Positions 49,310 through 63,400 of a DNA stretch of 64,000 nt are shown piece after piece. The notes beneath the pieces were generated by a model. The model did no database searches. It was not told the DNA's origin and worked only from the letters and a program-made list of their open reading frames with translations. A program made the position numbers and the translations under genes. The DNA comes from Selaginella moellendorffii (lineage: Eukaryota; Plantae; Lycopodiophyta). The stretch lies in NCBI RefSeq assembly GCF_000143415.4, contig NW_003314292.1, positions 861,325-925,324 on the forward strand, in the 5' to 3' direction. How positions within the stretch are numbered: the first letter of the stretch is position 1; every line of letters begins with the position of its first letter.

Positions 49310-50180
49310 TGTGAGGTTCAGATATACAGCTATGATGCTAAATGCTATTATTAGCATAGTAGGATTCAGATTAGATTAAATAATTTAATAATTTTAGGCT
49401 TTTATATTTCATTCACTCATTGATCCTTAAGGAGTGATTAGATTTATGTTTTCTAATTTAAATCTAACTTGTCCATCACCTAGATCTCTTTTTTTTGTAA
49501 TTTTTCCATTTTGTCTCTTTTGTTTTTCTTCTTTTCATTCATTTTCATGGTAGAGTAATTTACTCCTTCTTTATAGCAGCATAATTCTATATAATATAAG
49601 AATCCTTAAACCCCAAAGTGGAGCTGAATGTGATTCATGTGGTAGTGGCCAAGGTAGAAGTCTGACGAGTGTAACACATTTGCATCAACTCGGAAAGTCA
49701 AAAACATAAGTGGAACTTTTAAAGAAGTGCTTAAGGAATAAACACGAAATCATTAGTAAGTGAGTTTCAAATAAAAGACAAAAAAATTACCAACATGTGG
49801 CAAGTGTTGTGATGTGTGAAAGACCAAGCTTGAGATAGAGTCCAAAACTGAGACCAAAATTGAGTCCAAAACTAAATTTAAAACCAAGCTCGAGTTTGAG
49901 GTGAAAGCCCAAATGATTGTTTCTCAAACCCTAAAGGGTCCTTATATAATCACCTTATATAACCTTATATAATCAAGGACAATCAAAAGTGCCCCCTTCC
50001 ACCAATCTGAGTGCATAAAATATAAAAAAGGAATATAGAAAATGTGAATATCAATTAGCTCAAAATTCTTAATTTATATATAGGTGCAAATGGTCCAGAT
50101 TGAAACTAATCCCATAATTACCAAAATCTAATTATGCTAATATTAGTATAGAACATCGTAACTGTACATTTGGATGTGGT
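49310..50180. mobile_element. Fragments of the same Gypsy-like LTR family
   Basis: tgtgaggttca... at 49310 and an inverted copy of 500-600 at ~50070-50175; 49480-49580 resembles 56940-57130. Confidence 0.5.
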
Positions 50181-50689
50181 AAAATCCTTTCCTTTCAATT
50201 TGCATTCTCCTAATCTGTGGGCTCTAGAGCTATGTTTCCAGTATGATAAAGTTTTTGCCAAATGGCCATACAGGATTGTGTTGAGATCTCTTGAGGTGGA
50301 CCAAACACTCTCACTCTCTCTCTCTCTCTCTCTTAAATAGGGAGATAAAATTTAAAAAAATATATTTGTGAGGTTGTGGTCAAGTATAAAAATTTTCTTT
50401 AAGGATAGCTTTCGAGATTATTTCGTTTCCGCAAAGGGCACGCGATTTAAATTTTCAAACTAGTTCCAGTAGAACATGTTTGTATTTCTCATCCATGAAG
50501 CCGCCGCTGAGAACAAGGGCAAGGGTAGTAGAGACAGTTCCATCATGAATTTCTGGAAGGTCCTCACTTCTGATCTGCAACCCCTTCCAGATCATGCAAT
50601 CTGGAGCATTCCAGTTTTTCCTGCATTGGTGGAACAAGCAATGAAGACAATATTATTAAATGGGGGATGCGGGGGTGGGGGGCGGGCAG

Positions 50690-51002
50690 TCAAGGATGCC
50701 CAAGAGAAATATCTCCCTCAGTACTTAACCGGCAGGTGGAGTTTTCTAAGCTGTGAAGGCTGAGATACCATGTCTCATCAACATTAGTGACTGGAGTCCA
50801 CATTCTGATTTGCAGGCTCGTGCTCATGGGGTCAGACGAGCAAAGTAGGTATTAAAACTTGTTCCAGATGCTGTTACTCAAGTTTTTTCATTTGTCCAGG
50901 TGATGATCTATATAGGCTCCGCTAATTAGTGCTAGCGGAACTATTGAGGAGAGGATGATGCAGTTAACAAGAAGAACATGGTGGTTGAGCATCTCGTGGT
51001 AT
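50690..51002 (+). pseudogene. CHD3/PICKLE-type chromatin remodeller helicase C-terminal fragment
   Basis: Broken frames give SDWSPHSDLQA.RAH..GQTSK|intron|VMIY...[21 protein letters not shown], resembling PKL [51 protein letters not shown]. Confidence 0.75.
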
Positions 51003-52201
51003 TCGCTCAAAATGCTTGGAAATGAGGGCTCATGTCTAAGTCAAGTTTCCCACAAAAGACCTCAGCATATCTTCCATGCACTTTGGGGTGTGAATGCCTG
51101 AGCTGTATAATCTAACAGTTGAAGCTTTGGCTTTGCAGTGATATGGATGTCAAGAACCGGACCTGGTAGTGGGGTAAGATGATATGATCTAGGGCTTGAT
51201 GTCGTGGAGGCGTGACAAATCACGGTTTGATCAGGGTTTTTTGGTCTACAAAGAAGATCAGATCAAATTGGTGCTTCAACAGGTGCGTGAGAACAAACAA
51301 TTTGACTAGTTCATCACTGCTTTTGACCTGTTTTCTCCTGTGCACATCCTTGGCCTATCAGCACACTGAGCAAGAATTGATTGAGCAGTACTGGTGGGGA
51401 TGACAATATAGGCAAAGTCTGGTAAGAACATTATGAATCTCTTGCATCAAACACTGTCACCTCTCAGCATCATTGCTACCAAACTCCATGGACCAGAACC
51501 TCCTCCAGATCAACAACGACAACAAGCAACCCAGCAAGAGATGATAAAGTTTTTTTCTCTGTTTTTTATTTTATTTTTCATTTTTAGAATAAAATAAAGA
51601 TGCTTAGTACATAAAACTTGAAAAATTATATCGATACAATGTTAGCGCAGAGGCCCTCCAAGGGTAATAAGGTCCAAGAGTGACCAGAGGTTTAAATTCA
51701 GTATTGACATGATATAACACAAATTTGTTTTAAAACAACAAATACAAGAATTAAAATTTAAGACCACCTTAGCCATGAAATTGTCGCTCTGTCAGATGAT
51801 GGCATTCCAAGATACACATTTCTCACATGCATCTTCTGAAACTGTTCTATATGGAGTCTAAAACGCCCCTCAAAGTACCTATTCAGTGATTAGATCGATA
51901 ATACTGTTGTCCAGGCATTGCAGTTGCATCATTGCCTGCTGCAAGTGCCCATTCCAGGCAAGCGCTACGAGCATGCCATTCCCTGAAACAACAGTCAGCT
52001 GCTGAATTCTGGCAAAGCACTGCCACGCATGTTGAATGCTGCCATTCTGTCCATACATCTTTGTTGGATTGTGGAACTATGGACACTAGAGAAATGTATA
52101 TTCTACATTCAATTCATAAGAAGCATGCCATACTTCATAGAATATAACAAACCAGCTCCTCTTTATTTACGTATATGAATCCATGTCAGAGGAGCATAAG
52201 C

Positions 52202-52930
52202 TTACATGATTCCATAGCTAGACATTGGGTTGAAGCCCACAGGCACAACAGCAGCACTGAAGATCTGAACCTCCTTGAGTTCACCATGAAAGTAGCGTTT
52301 GTTGTCACGGGGGTCATAACCAATGAAGACAGGTAGGCTGGAATTGAGGTTGACTATCTTGGAGCCGTTCTGTGACTTATCAAGTTTAGAATCAACGTAG
52401 ATAGACCCAACAGTGCCATTTCGGACTGCAGCAACATGGTGCCAAGTTCCATCAGTGACTGGCACTGTTCCCTTAATGTTGAACTGGTACTCACGATTGT
52501 ACACCGTAAACCATAGATTGCCATTGAGGATCCATAGCCACCACTCACCATAGATATCAGAGCGTTGCTGGATGACGCACAGTTGCTGCTTGATGTGGGG
52601 TGGGACCTTCACCCAAGCATGAACAGCAAAATCAGTCTGCCCAGAGAGAGAGGGCGTGGTGCCCATGGAAATGTATGTTGCACCATCAAACACAATACCA
52701 TCAGTTGTGTGAGCAAGTTGGGACCCGGCCTGCTTCACAAGCCCAGTTGCCTTGTTCCCAGACGAGTCTGCGACCAGGAAGCCTATCTTCTCATCCAGCT
52801 TCCACCATGCAAACAGTGACTTAGAGATGCCCACAGCCTCATCTGATGTCGAAGAAATGGAATTCGAAGCATCCACCACAGTGGCCAGAAGAACAGCAAG
52901 AGCAAAGTAGAAAGAGAGACGGGAAGCCAT
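52202..52930 (-). CDS. Secreted LamG-like jellyroll (concanavalin A-like, Laminin_G_3) protein
   Basis: Signal MASRLSFYFALAVLLATVVDA; LFAWWKLDE..ADSSGN, FDG, FAVHAWVK, DGTWHHVAAVRNG...IYVD, IG...FHGELKEVQIF; TATA ~35 bp upstream. Confidence 0.85.
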   Translation of the reverse strand: MASRLSFYFALAVLLATVVDASNSISSTSDEAVGISKSLFAWWKLDEKIGFLVADSSGNKATGLVKQAGSQLAHTTDGIVFDGATYISMGTTPSLSGQTDFAVHAWVKVPPHIKQQLCVIQQRSDIYGEWWLWILNGNLWFTVYNREYQFNIKGTVPVTDGTWHHVAAVRNGTVGSIYVDSKLDKSQNGSKIVNLNSSLPVFIGYDPRDNKRYFHGELKEVQIFSAAVVPVGFNPMSSYGIM

Positions 52931-53299
52931 TGTGTTATGATTTTCACTTGCTGCTGCATTCTTATATATCCTTCTTGTGGCCACGTACTTACGGAGAACT
53001 TCAGAATGCCTTAATGCATTAATTAACAAGGAAAACCTGAAAATTTAGAACAAACAACAGTTCATACATAGACCCTTGTGGAGTGCGTGGGAAGGTATAA
53101 CAACCTATGGTCCATAATATTGAATGTCTCAAGACTTTAGGAATTGCCTCAATTAACACGAGACATGAATATCTGGCCAGACCTCTAGAAATATTCCACG
53201 TGGCAGCTGTGCCTTATCCATGCCACCTAGGTCAATGCCTATGTGGCAGGCAGGTTGGCTCTGAGCTGCAGGAGATGCATGTTTTGCATTGTGGCTAGT

Positions 53300-54190
53300 A
53301 GGTCAGACTCAGTGTTCCTCCTTATCCTTCATCTAGAAGTCTACTATGGGATTCCTGCATGGGGGATGTTGCAGCCTGACTGTACAATGATAGCATGAGG
53401 TGGTGTGGTCACAAACTATTATCACATATGTCTTTTGTAGCAACTTGTTCCCAAGTCCATTGTCATCATCAAAACAGATATAGACAGAGGTCTATAGCTT
53501 GATTGATCCATTTGATCAACTTGACACCACTTACTACTACCATGGGATATGTTACAATTTCACGAGTATAGAGTTTTGTTAGTGCTTCACTATATAAACT
53601 CTTTTATAGTCATGATCCAATATTACTAATAGAGTTGAGTTTACCTTTATGATTGCTATGAGTTGCAGATGTTAAGTCATGGGATTAATATTTGATGAGC
53701 ATTCTTCCACTTGTTAAGGTAGAATTTACCAAACACCTAGGCTATGTACAAGTGTGACAACAATAGTGTTATAACTTCTATCATCATCCACCTGCAGAGT
53801 ACAAAGTGAATGACTTGGTGTTAATTCTTTTCCCTATCTTATAGTACGTGGTTTATCTAAGGGGCTTCTTGCTTAGTGGAAAGGACCATATTAGGTGTTG
53901 CGGCAAGTTAAATTGCAAGTTTATGAGATTCGACATGACGTCCACCAAGTTGATCCTCCAGAAATTGTGCATGTGCAGTGGTTGAAACAATTTGTATAAA
54001 GGGATCAGGAATAATTGGTACCACCTACAAATCCACTGATGCCTCCTGATATTCCTCTAGATCTTAGCTCATCTATGAGAGAACCCTGATGGTCTTCTAT
54101 CATTTTGAGAGGAAGGGATGATGTGAGGTTGAAGTGATGCTGTATACTAATATTAATGTAGTGGGATTTTAATAGCTGTTGGATTGGCTT
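53300..54190 (+). mobile_element. Degenerate Gypsy-like integrase/PPT/LTR relic
   Basis: Colinear with 1-570; gagaggaaggga PPT then tgtgagg at ~54122. Confidence 0.6.
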
Positions 54191-56899
54191 ATATATATTA
54201 ACTTGCTGACAACCATAGTAGAAATAGAACTTAAGACTATGGCATAAATATCATCCAACTATGGAATTTTGAAGAGCCAACTACAGCCTCATTTGCAACT
54301 AATAAATGCTCAAACCAATCTCAAAACCATAACTTTGAACCGAAACAAGGGAATTTAAGAACTATTGCAATCTATAAAATACCATAATAATAAATGATAC
54401 ATTCCGTTTCTAAATCTGTCTACTAGCTAAAGACTCCATAAATATATGAGTCTCAAAGGTTGACCAAAGGGAAGACGTAGAGACAAGTCTTACTGATGGT
54501 CATATATCCAAGTCTTAGATTATTACTTATTTTGTGTTGGCTGAAATAGTTTATAATAAGATATCCCTTGTTATCTAGCCTTTTTGCTTGGACAAAGTCT
54601 TATATACAAGGAGGTCTATTGTTATCCAAGATTTCTTTCTTATTATTTCTCCATTTCTATTTTGACAACTATTAAAAAGTTTCCATCTAATGCTTTTTTA
54701 TCCACTTTTTCTTCACTTATCCACTAAAAGAGATGGATAAGAGTTTAACCTTAATGATGGATTGAGGATGAATAGATATAATACTAGAGTAAGGATAAAT
54801 GATATAGATTGTGGAATGAGGATAAATGTAATGAGTCCAAATGAAACACTTATATCTCCAATGCAATAAGGCTAAATAAATATAATAGAGGACAAGCATA
54901 ACAAACCCAAATAAAATCAGTATTTTCCTTTGAGGAGGGGATAACGAAGATGCAAAAGAGAAATAAAGTGAGTGCAACCTCTTAGATGTAATGTTGGACA
55001 AAAACAAAAGTAATAAGTCCAAGTTAATATAATTACTACTGAAGTAAGGAGTTCTTTCATTCTCTTGAGAGCATTAAAATTTTCTTTAATTTTCCCATGT
55101 CAAGTATTGTTAGGGAAAATGCACTCAACTTGAAATTTTAGCAAAAGTTACTCCAACCCTTAAAACAAAAGCATACTCAACACCAGAAATAATCTACTAA
55201 TGAAACAAAAATAAGATTTTTGGTTTCACAGATATGCTCCATATTACTTAGCTCAACATCAAATTGAGAATAAGAATCATAAGAGTCATAAATAATTGAC
55301 ATATTATGAAAAAGAAATGTTGCAAATGAGGAAAATATATTAGAAATCTGAAAAGATGGCATAAGCCAAGAAATAATAAAAAGGTTAGGAAAGAGAGAAA
55401 GGCAAAAAGAAATAATCACGTGACAGATTTAAAGGTTGATACTTATTTTGTGAAATCTCTAGCTTGTCCTCACATCCATCTTTAAAACAATTAAATTCCT
55501 CATTAATGCTAGGAATCCTACATTTCTATGTCTTTTGAAATTAATGTGTGCTTCTTTATGTATTCATAGAGGCTTGACATGAAATTAGAATGTAAATGAT
55601 TTACTTGAGCTTGTATACATCATTTTTCTATAAGCTTGATCATTAAACATCCTCTAAGAACTAAACTGCATTATCCATAATTCTCTAATTGATATCATGA
55701 TCAAAATCCATGTTAGTGGGAAATAATAGGACATCAAGAACAAAAAACATTGTGTAATCATATCCTATGGAAGTTAGTATTGGCAATATATTATAGACAA
55801 ACATAACATTAATATGATCACACTTTACATGATTAAAAGCTTGATCTAACATTAGAATAGTTCTAGAGCATTCAACATCCCAATACTAAGACTAATATAC
55901 AAAATGGAGCCAAATAGAGTTTGGCATTATTTCACTATATTGGTGGCCTAATAGAAGGATATAAAAATTCCACTAACTAGTATGGTATAGAGTTTGAGCT
56001 TAAATTGTAATATACATAAAGTTGGAGCCAAACTTCAATTTTGTTGCACTATAAAACAAAGCTCTAATATGCATTTATATCCCTTACAAACATTAGCTCT
56101 CCGTATTTAACTCTTGTATGCAAAACAATATCAAACGGTGTCTAATACAATTTCAACATAACAATGGCTTAATGTGAGGAGATGGGTACCCCATTGATTA
56201 GAGCAATATGGAACTTAAGCTTATGCCCAAGCCAGATAATAAAAAGCAATATAGCCTAATGAAAGTCAAACTAATGTCTCAGATGGTCAACTATGCTTTT
56301 AACCACTCCCTATTATACATTTAAAACCCCCTTAGCCCCCTCTCCCCCTTCCATATGAATGCATGCTTTAGGCTTTCACCTCAATCCAAGGAGTTAAGGA
56401 TGTACCTAAAGGAGGAATTAACATTCTTATAATACAAAAAGATGCTTATCAACACCACCACTAGGTCAAAGCCCCAAAGCCCATTTATCCACTAAGTCCT
56501 ATTAACTTCTGAGACTTCTTCACCATATAATTATACCCTTGGTTACTAAGTAAGAGGACCACTCCTTTTTGGGATTTTGGGATGACATTTCAAAACATTA
56601 TAGCTTAATGCAAGTTTTATAAATACTCTCCCCACCTTTTGCCACCAAAGTGCTTTAATCATATGGCTAAAGCAAAGTTCTGATGAGTCAAGTAAGATAT
56701 CCAAATAAGCAATGCCACCCACACTTAGATTGAGAGCATTAACCATTTGATCTCCCAAAAGAGGTAGAATAACTTTTTGAATATTTCACCAAGTTATTTC
56801 ACTTATTCATTCATATTCACCTTAGCTTTGAACTCTCTAACATTTATATTATCACTTATCATATGGCATAACCTTTCTGAGTCATACTAGCCTTCCCTG

Positions 56900-58700
56900 G
56901 CCACACTAGTTTTTTAGAGTTATACCCTAGGATTTTAGTTTAGATCTAGCTTTTTCCATTTTCTTTCTTTTGTTCTTTCCTTTTGGGATTTTGGTTTAGA
57001 TTTAGCTTTTGCATTGTCTAAATCTCCTTTTTCTTTTAGCTTTTCTTATTTCCCTTCTTTTGCTTCTTCCTTTTTCATTTATCTTCATGGCAGAGTAGTA
57101 GTTTCCTCTTCCATTAACTTTAGAGCAGCAATTGGTGCAATTGCTTGATGCTATGCAATTGCAATTGAACAACCAAATTCAGTTGATGGTGGCATTCATA
57201 ACACATGGTACAACTCCTTTTGCTCCTAGTGCTAATCCTTGCGTTCGGCTGGAGTTCTTTCATGGGAATTCTGGGGATGATGTGTACCATTCGTTTGATC
57301 ACTTCACGGTGATTGCCATATATCATTCTTGGGATGATACTCAATGTTTGTGTGAGTTTCCCACGTGTCTCCAAGGGACGGTGCTGCAGTGGTACAATAG
57401 TTTGAGTGTAACCACTCATGGGGATTGGAATGTTCTCCCGGACATCTTCAAATGCACATTCGGACATGCCGATGATTGTGATAATGCCTTCTAACAATTG
57501 CATTATCGTTGTCAAAGGCCATCTGAGTTAGTGATGTAATTTAGCATTTGTTTTCAAAGCCGTTTGTGATAAAGTGGATTTTTGGCAATTTTTCAACAAA
57601 AATTGTGATCTGGAGATTTAAAATGACCCAAAAACACAAGCTTTTTATTATTAATTATGTATTTCTTTTTAACAAAATATAAGGTATTGATGTGAATATG
57701 GAAACAAGATGCTCGTGATGTTAGGCACTAGCTTTGACCACGTAGTCAACATCGGTCAAAGGGAGGCTCAAGGGTATATTAAGGCATATTAGGCTAAGGG
57801 ACTTAACCTACTCTAACGCTCACAGTGGAACGGTGGTACAATAGAGTTTTTGAGGTAGTTCAGGGGTGGTTAGGTGGTGAGTAACCTCAAGAAATGGTAT
57901 AGCATAATCCAAAGTGACTAGATCTTTGTTTTTTTTTCACCAAATCATAACATTAGTATTAGAGGGGTTGGTTCTAATGGCCAACCAAGCTAAATGCTGG
58001 AATCCTATTGTTGATGGTGGTGCTGAAGATAATGCTCACGGAGTTGTGGAGGTTTGGACCATTCAAGATGTTGTTCATAAACTGCAAGCCTTTAATCGAA
58101 ATCAACAAGAGATGCAAGATGAGATGCATGGCATGATGGATACCATGCATGGGCGTGTTGAAGCACTTGAGGTTGGATGTGGTAGCACTTCAAGTAAGCC
58201 TTCTTTGGTAGATCGACTCAAGATTCCAACCTTTTCCAGTGATAGTGGTGTGGATGAGTGTCTTGCTTGGTTAGCCAATGTGAAGAAGTTCTTGGTTGCT
58301 AAGGGAACTCTAGATGTAGAGGCTTTAGTGGCTATTCCAATGGTTTTGCATGATGCGAGAATTGGCTTAAGGAGTCTCATGTTGCAAATAAAAAACCATT
58401 AGTGTCTACTATGGATAAGTTTGAGGCTGCTTTCCATTTACGTTTTGCCCCTCACTACGATGTGAAGAATACTCATACAAAATTTTGACATTTCTAGCAA
58501 AGGAAAATAATACTCGGGGACTATATTTAGAAGCTTACTTGTTTAATTAGCTGTGTTCTAACAAAGGAACTAGATCAGAATAAGTCCTACTTCATTGATG
58601 GCCTTCATAGTGAGAACATGCGGCAACACTTGCATTATTCTTAACCTACAAAGAGTTTAGAGAAGTTCTTTGATATTGTAGTGCACGTGGTTTTTACCCT
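56900..58700 (+). mobile_element. Two decayed retrotransposon gag relics
   Basis: FHGNSGDDV..LQGTVLQWYNSL (57132-57494) and LKIPTFSSDSGVDECLAWL..FI DGL (57914-58610) resemble retrotransposon gag; multiple stops. Confidence 0.6.
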
Positions 58701-59029
58701 TTATCCTATGGTGATTTACCATAGGATAACACCACGAAGCAGAACCTAAACCCTCTTTGTGCCACGTGACAGATGCCACGTGTCACATGCCACATGTCCA
58801 AAGAATAATGGTGTGGAACCCAAGGTTCAAGGCCTTAGGGCCACTGAACGAAGGAACAGTGCCAAACTCCCAAGCATGAAGCTAAGGAGTGATGGAACCG
58901 AACCATGGAGCAACTCCTAAGCAAAAAGCCCAAGGAGCGAAGGGACAGGAGCCCAGAGCGACTTGGAATAGTCCTGGAGCAACTAGCATCCCAATGCCAG
59001 GACCAGCACGCAAAATGGAGCTAAACAGA

Positions 59030-59240
59030 GTCTGGTGCTATTTCAGCATACTAGTGGCCTAACGTGAGGATATGGGTACTCCACCAGTTAGCATGGAATG
59101 GAACTTGGGCTTAGACCCAAGCCAGATGCAGAACAAGGACAGGCACATAAGCGGGAGCTAGACTATGCCTCAAGTTTGTCAGCCATGCCCGACCTACCCC
59201 CCCCCCCCCTTGAGGAACACACGCTTTGGGCTTTCACCAC
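59030..59240 (+). repeat. Diverged repeat of 56165-56385 (probable TE/LTR sequence)
   Basis: Shared gtgagga.atgggtac...ggaactt..gctta..cccaagccagat...ccccctt...ggctttcacc. Confidence 0.55.
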
Positions 59241-60499
59241 AAGCCTCCCTTAGTATCAAGAGTTAGTCTTTGGGACAAGCTCAAAACTTACTAAATATGG
59301 AATGATACTAGATTGCAAATTTGGACATGGGATGAACACCATTGTGTTCAAGCCAATCTCTACATTCCATAGATATGCCAAATGAGCAAATCTAGACACT
59401 TTCCATAATTAGTATTTGGGACCAAATTGAGACTAACACAAATGGGCATGATAGTGAGGGTGTTTGGCAGACACGGTAAGCTATCATCTAGCGAATATTG
59501 AGGGACCAATCTCAATATCATAGGGGTTCTCAACACTAGCAAGTGCAAGTCAACAAATGAGTTTCTCTAATCAGGTCAAGTATGCTTGACTAATAACACT
59601 TAGGAATTCCGTCCCTATGCCCATCTGGTCAAGTGCACACGCGAGGACCAGTTTCTCAACTAGCTTAGGCGGAGACTGATAACAGGTCCAGCAATACCGA
59701 CCTCCTGCTGTCGCGGCAGTAACGTAAAAGTGTCTGTAAGGACTGGCCGACAGGTAACTTTCGATACCCGAAGTCACATTTGCGACACTCTTCCCCCCTT
59801 GGGAAGATTGAAGTCCTTGTCGATGCATACTCCAGTCTAGAATACTGCCAAGGAAACAACTCTAGAAAAAGTTCACGGTACTCACACTATGTGAGAAATG
59901 CACCAACTTAAATGAGTTAGGGTAACCTCTTTGTCTAACGTGGATGTGCTACCAGCTTAGACACCTTTTGGCCGTCGCCGACAAGGAAATGACCAATGGA
60001 GTTAGGCACCCTTGCTGCTCTGGTTGTCACCCAGTTTACAAAAGTGTGATATGCCCCTACCTGTAGGGACATAGAGAGAGAAGCAAGAGGCCCCAACCCT
60101 CAACCCATCAGTAAGGTTTAAATAGACTATTGTAAATAGGCAGTAAAAGTTGTTTACACGGTCACGCCCTTTGACAGAATAAAGAACATCGACAGAGAGG
60201 CGGGTGATGTGACCAGTTGACAGTAGCTACCCCATGACTAGAGATTTCAACATGCACATGAAGTGCCGAAGCCAGTCTGCCTTTACTGGCCCAAATTGAA
60301 AGATCAATAGATGGACAATATCAAAGTCAGAGACAATGATATCTTAGAGACTTAATTATCAGTGAATAAAGCTTAAAAGTAGAATACAAAAGTATTCCAA
60401 GTAAATTATCATCCGATAAACTAGTATTAGAGGATAGGAACCACCAAGATCACTATCATTGGAAAACATAGGATGCACCATCCAACAAAATTCAATAGC

Positions 60500-63400
60500 A
60501 AGTATATCATCAAGTAAACTCAATGATGAAACTTAACTACCAAAAATCGCAGATAGCATGCCAAACAACTCACAAAACACAACTTAAAGAACACAAAGTA
60601 TCATTGACGAACAAGCAAAATGCTCGCGAATGTATCACCCGAAGGAGAGAACATCTTAATCTATTAGAACTAACTCGAGCAATAATCAACAGAACAAAAT
60701 AAATGTTGCAAAGCAAACAAACACTTGTTCATATCAACCATTGCACTAGCCAATCTAAATAGATCCCGATCAACAATACCAAGGAACTAGAGTTACTTAA
60801 AGCAAGTGTCAGCAATATCCTACTGATGTCTCAAACCCAATAGACCAATCCTGAGCAAACCACAAAGAACATATGGTATTGCGAAAAGCCATAAGCCATC
60901 AAGGAGAACAACTAACCATCATGAAATATCATCAATCATCCCATCAAAAAGAGATATGTATAATCATCGTATAAGAAGGAATCCACCATTCTGAAGAATA
61001 ACAAATCAATCTAGATCAACAATAATCAAGCAAAACCTTTGACAAGGATAATCAATTATCTTAGATGATAGTCAATCATTACCAATGATTGTTAGATGCA
61101 AATACTAACTTCAACATTGAAGCTAGGAGCCAAAATGCCTTCCCCAACAACTTCTAACAAATGGAACAATGAGCATAAAACTCAATGAACCAAAAGCTCA
61201 AAGAAGCCTATAGCCAAGTCTTGCCTAATAATGATCATAAGTTTTATAGAAGCTAATTTCAATGTTAAAGAAGAAATCATGGTATGACTTACAATATCCT
61301 CCTCAATACATCCATAAGCCAAACTTCATAATGCTAAAGCTAATGAAGAGCATGTCTGCATCAATCCAAAAGCAAAGCATAACGAAGTTATGCTCAACAA
61401 GTGATCATCTAATCGATCCTTCATAAATCCATCTATAGCAAGACGTAACTCACTTCATAACAAGCAGAAGAAGAATCATCAATGATCGATATATATTAAT
61501 TGAAGTCTAACAAGGATTCAATCATTTCAATACCAATCACTAACTCTTCCTCTCATAGAGGTAGCATTGTCCAAGACTAAATCACTTTTCAAGGAAAAGC
61601 CAATGCTCAACCTCGACTAAATAATCTCATCTAGAACACAACTAACTCAACTTGCCACTCAGTTCATTTGAACATCGACATAGTTGCTAACTAGCAAATG
61701 CATGAATGCCAACAACACAAAGCTAAAGCCAAATCATCAACACTATTTTCATCAAGACTGATGAAACTCAATATCAATCCTTGGAAGGATATCTCATTTC
61801 ACTCGAATCTCAATATCAACAATATCAATGACAAGGCATCACTTCAATGCCATCAACACCATAACAAAACTAGAAGAAAGCAAGAGTGAATCACCACCTA
61901 AAACTTTCTAGTAACAAAGCTAACGAAAGTCGAAGATACTTTAGTTAGTATCTGAGACTAATCTTCTAACAATACTTAGTTTCAGATAGCACATCATCAA
62001 GGCGTGAATCACCACATCCAAGACTCAATGAAATCCAACACTATAGACCAAACGTAACCAAATGATATTGTCAAAAGGAATCAATATGCCAATATGGAAA
62101 AACCATGTAAGTCTAATGACACGATCCTCCGTAACACCATCCGGTAAAGCAAGCCCATCACTACTAAATCATCATCGAGCGAAGTAAGTGTCAAATAGTC
62201 CTCAACAAAGTCTACAAGCAATCACTAGTTGCAAAGCAACTAACAATCACCCCTCAACTTACCTTCACAAGACCCAAACACCAACTCTTGTCACCAAGTT
62301 ATATATTTGTCCAACATGAACGTGATACCTCATGCACAAGATATAAGTTCATTGACAAGTATGAACTAAATGACCACTCGAATCTAACTTAACCGAAATA
62401 AGCTTACTAATGCATTTAGCCAACAACTCTAAGCATGCCTTTGAAGAGGCTAGCTATGCAATTAACACTCAGTCAAACCTAAAGTGAAGATCATGAGATG
62501 GACTCATATTAGTACACAACATCTTCATAAACAAAGCTATAGTACAGGTACTAACATCTTAAACTCAAACAACTAAGTTAGACATCACCATCCTCAGCCA
62601 AGGCACAGGGCTACCAAGACTAAGTCAAGATCAATGAGAGTTCACTATTCTCATAGAGTCTTAACGAAATGCAAAGTGCAACCTGCCACCAAGCATAACA
62701 CTACAGAAGAAAGGCACAAGGGTCACCCTTCTTAGAAAAGTGCAACGGCCACTTTTGTACACCAACTCCAGACTCTATCCAACTCAATTGCCTTAGCCCC
62801 AAAAGTTCGCATCCCTTTCGAGCCGCATCATATAAACTATCTACTAAGGTTTAAGCCAACTGAAGTCAACTCCAACCCTTTCACTAGTTTGTACTGGCTT
62901 ACGAAAACGGAATGGTTTTCGGCAAAGTGATCAATAGATCAGCCATTGAAAAAGCCTAAGAAAATTTGTGGAAAATTTTCCATCCCAGAGAAAGAATGAG
63001 TCTCAGTCCAGGAATGCAAACTTTCAAGACTCAACCAACTTCCTCCTACTAACAACTTCACATAGGTTCACCTCAACACAAACTCTCATAATCCAATAAT
63101 ATGCTTAAGCACTGAACAGTTTTGCCCATTTTTCCGATATCCAATATCGTCATCCGCAAAGTGCAAAATGAACATCCAAAACTTAATCACGAAGACCACA
63201 TCTTCGGATATCCACATTGCACTAACACTCTTCACCTTCAAGATCTAATGTGAAGCCAAAACACTAACAAGAAAAATGACATGGAAAATCAAGGTCCAAG
63301 GAAAATTCCTTATCACTCGAAATAATAATGTTACTTCCACTAACATAAGTGCTAGTGATGTCAATACCCCAACTACACATTTTCTCCATCCAACAATCTA

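Noticed and set aside
58758-58800. Three tandem tgccacgtg G-box/ABRE-like motifs
   Set aside because: They lie within retroelement debris with no nearby gene, so there is no evidence of function.
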